The notes under the pieces: model-generated
What the model was told of the DNA's origin: nothing
Database searches by the model: none
The model's input: the letters and a program-made list of their open reading frames with translations, nothing else
Made by a program: the position numbers and the translations under genes
Assembly: GCA_000004985.1 (NCBI GenBank)
Contig: GG738876.1
Length of the DNA stretch: 64,000 nt
Reading direction: 5' to 3' (one strand)
Origin: Naegleria gruberi
Lineage: Eukaryota
Shown: positions 61,012-64,000 of the stretch, piece by piece
How positions within the stretch are numbered: the first letter of the stretch is position 1
Layout of the letters: every line of letters starts with the position of its first letter

Positions 61012-64000
61012 ATAAATTATTGTTGAAGAAAATTGATTCTAGAAAAAATGTCTTCGTACGGAACGCACGGCGATGGTGGAGATGGGTTGGAATCGAGTAA
61101 ACAACTCAATGTGCTCCAAAAGATTGCTAGAAATAGAGTGGTGAATATTGTTGGTGCGATAATATTATCAATTATTTTATTATTGAGTATTGGATGTTGT
61201 GTTGTTGTTGGTGTGCTTCATTCACATTTGCTTTTCCAATGTGGATTTGCTGAATTTATATTTATGTTACTTCTTGAAGGCGCTACATTCTTCTTCTGTA
61301 TTTATCACTTGTACAATATTTACAAGTTTTTCAAGACTAGAGCACGACACTCTGGTAAGAAGGGAATTTCCGCTATTGTTGCTGCTTTATGTTCATCAGA
61401 AGTAAATCAATACAATGCATATTCTGATTCCAGACAAGGAAATGAAGAAGATGATTTTGATGATGAAGAAGATGATGAAGATGACGAAGAAGAGGAGGAA
61501 GAAGAAAGCAAATTTTCCAAGTTTGTTGTCGGCTTTTTGAAGATTGCTGCCAATGCTATTGCTGTTTTATGTTTCATCATTTTGGTACTTTTCACAGTTG
61601 TTGTCGTTCCATTGCAACAACAAACCTACCCAACTTATAACGGTACTCTTAAACTTCCAAAGTTTACACCAAAGGGATCTTCTGCTCCTACAATTTCACG
61701 TGAAAGTAATGGTGTTGTTCACATCAAGGCTTCACACGATTATGATTTATATTTCGCACAAGGTGTAGCTGTTGCTCAAGATCGTTTGTGGCAATTGGAA
61801 TTTAATCGTAGATTGTCAAATGGTATTTTGGCTGAAGTTGCTGGTGCTGATGCTGTCAATGTTGACAGTTGGTTCAGAACTCTCGGATTTGCTCGTTCTG
61901 CTGCCAACATTTTACCAACCATTGATGCTGAAACTCTTTCATTCATTCAAGCATATTGTGATGGTATTAACTCTTATATTAATAGTAATCCACCACTTCA
62001 ACCTGAATTTGTTCTCCTCAACACTAAACCAGTTGAATGGACTCCAAGTGATGTTATTGCTTATATGAAGTTTGTTTCATTCTCTCTTTCTGATAATATG
62101 GAAAAGGAAGTTTGGAGATTCAAGATGATGCAAAGAAATATCACAAAGGACAGAGTTAACGAATTGGTTCCTTTCTACCCAACTGATATGCCAACTATTT
62201 TGAGTTTGGAAGAAATGAATTTGCAAAACGTTCCAGTTGAAGAAAGAGAAAAGATTGAAAAGGCTCAACAAGATGATTCTGCTGCTTTTATTCCAAAGGC
62301 TATTCACAATTTGACCATGTCTGTCATGGAAGAAATGTTCGCTTCATTGGAAGAATCTGGTGAATGGGGTAAACAAGCTGTCAGATCAGTTTTGAAGGGT
62401 ATGGTTGCTCCAGATATCACTGGTAACAAGGCCTCAAACAATTGGGTTCTCGGAACCAAGATTACAGCAAACAATGGATCATTGTTGGCTAACGATCCTC
62501 ATTTGGATTTGACTGCTCCAGGTATTTGGTATTTGGCTCATTTGGAAGGTCCAACTCACAATGTTATTGGTTCTACTTTTGTTGGTCTTCCAGGTATTGT
62601 TATTGGTAAGAATGATTTCATTTCATGGGGTGTTACTACTGGTCTTGTTGATGCTCAAGATTTGTACGTCATGTCCGAAGTTGAAGAAGGTAAAACTTAC
62701 AACTACAATGGTAAAGTTCTCCAATATGAAACTCGTACCGAAACTATTAATGTTAAGGGAGCTGCTGCCAAGACTATTACTGTTAAGGAATCTGTCTACG
62801 GTCCAGTTATTAATGACCACTACCAAGTTGATGGTAACGTTTTGTGTTTGAAGTCTTTGACTACCTACACTAATGATACCACACTCCAAGCTTTCCTCAA
62901 GTTGAACAGAGAAGCTAAGGATTGGAACTCATTTGTTGATGTTGTCTCCTTGTTCGTTTCCCCATCCCAAAACTTTGTCTTTGCTGACAAGAGTGGTAAC
63001 ATTGGTTACTATTTGGCTGGTTTGGTTCCAATTAGAAAGGAAGGTCACAATGGTAGATTCCCAGTTATTGGTGATGGTAGCTATGATTGGCAAGGATTTA
63101 TTCCAGCTGCTGAAAAGCCAAGCGTTTACAATCCAAAGAAGGATTACATTGCTTCTGCAAACAACAGAGTTACTCCTGTTGGTTACAAGTACAGTATTAC
63201 CCAAGATTGGTACTCTTTCTATAGAGCTAGCAGAATTGTCTCATTGATTGAAACTGCTATTGAAAAGGGAACTCCACTCAATTTTGAATACATGAAGAAG
63301 ATGCAACACGACGTTCACTCACCAGTCTTTGATCAATTCAAGTTTGTTTTTGAAGCTATTCCAAAGTTCAGAAATCTCACTGAAAATAAGGAAAAGTTGA
63401 GAGAAAAGTTGATTAATTGGGACGGTGATGAAATTTTGTACTCTCAATCTGCTTCCATCTTTGAAATGTGGTACAAGATTATGGGTAACCTCACCAAGGT
63501 TGAAACTGTCAATAGATGGTCTTTCGGTCCATATCTTTACAATGCCTTGAAGAATGGTGATAGTGCTTGTGAAAATTATCACAACACTACTTGTATGTTG
63601 TTCGCTATTGACAGCTTTGAAAATGCCATTGATGCTCTTGAAGCCACTTACGGTTCTATTCCATTGTGGGGTTCTGATATTCACGAATCTGAATTCCCTA
63701 ACCCGGTAATGGATAATACTGTTCTCAAATGTTTGGCTGGAGCTACTCGTACTACTGTTGGTGGTTCTTCAACCATTAATGTTGGTGAAACTCAATATCC
63801 TGCCCTCAATTCAAGATGGGGTGTTTCTTATAGACAAGTTGTTGATTGGCGAGGCAATCAAGCTTCATTCATCATTCCACTCGGTCAATCTGGTAACTTC
63901 TTATCTCCTCTTTACACCAACTTGTTAGAAATGTGGTCTGACCCAACTGGTCAATACTTGGACATGAAATCTGCTGGTTACACTGCAACCAATACCCTTT
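61012..64000 (+). CDS. Penicillin amidase / acyl-homoserine-lactone acylase family (Ntn-hydrolase, MEROPS S45-like) protein. It has N-terminal TM helices and a poly-acidic linker, is partial (runs off the 3' end of the window), and has an unresolved 5' end.
   Basis: Frame open from 61012 to the window end. Family motifs: DYDLYFAQGVAVAQDRLWQLEF, the nucleophile/processing site KASNNWVLG (cf. E. coli PGA beta-subunit SNMWVIG), and LANDPHLDL. Three hydrophobic helices and EEDDFDDEEDDEDDEEEEEEE precede the catalytic domain. ATG 61049 is in a different frame and hits a stop at ~61138. Confidence 0.75.

Noticed and set aside
1-64000. Prokaryotic interpretation (operons, CRISPR, defence islands)
   Set aside because: Spliceosomal introns with GTAAGT/GTATGT donors, a tRNA with eukaryotic features, eukaryote-specific proteins (PRP19, Hop/STI1, mitochondrial carrier, ABCD, U-box, F-box, ankyrin, kelch) and poly-N/Q/S low complexity rule this out. 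I found no direct-repeat/spacer arrays.

Overview
This window is compact nuclear DNA from an AT-rich (~30-35% GC) unicellular eukaryote, not a prokaryote. Long uninterrupted ORFs alternate on both strands with 0.1-1 kb spacers. Start codons sit in A-rich contexts (aaaaaaATG) and stops are mostly TAA. At least eleven genes carry short introns (40-102 nt) with GTAAGT, GTATGT or GTAGGT donors and A/T-rich ...(t)ttag or aaaag acceptors, usually near the 5' end. Protein similarities point to a dictyostelid-like amoebozoan or an early-diverging fungus, not a budding yeast. The clues are a PRP19 closer to the human than the yeast protein, an LMBD1 and a NUDT1/MTH1 homologue, a CHFR/Dma-type FHA-RING ligase, a peroxisomal ABCD transporter, a Gal4-type Zn2Cys6 factor and N/Q/S/T-rich low-complexity proteins. 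I count ~37 protein-coding genes and one tRNA-Val(UAC). I see no rRNA, CRISPR, transposon or operon-like structure. The supplied ORF track uses TTG/GTG as 'M' in many places and ignores introns; starts and exon joins below are corrected by reading the sequence, and all splice junctions are hand-derived and unverified. The most unusual content: (i) a membrane-anchored penicillin/AHL-acylase (Ntn-hydrolase) homologue with an intact SNNW nucleophile motif, next to an orphan 7TM receptor with a large Cys-rich ectodomain; (ii) a membrane-anchored protein made of ~30 tandem RPPRP-DHSG nonapeptides that resemble proline-arginine antimicrobial peptides; (iii) a secreted, extremely Lys/Cys-rich repeat protein; (iv) a three-exon gene with a novel ~29-residue repeat array whose 5'-exon and 3'-end fragments recur as an internally deleted pseudo-copy that now encodes, antisense, the C-terminus of the neighbouring FHA-RING gene; (v) a truncated actin-like gene, a frame-split kelch gene and several convergent gene pairs with stop codons only 20-31 bp apart.
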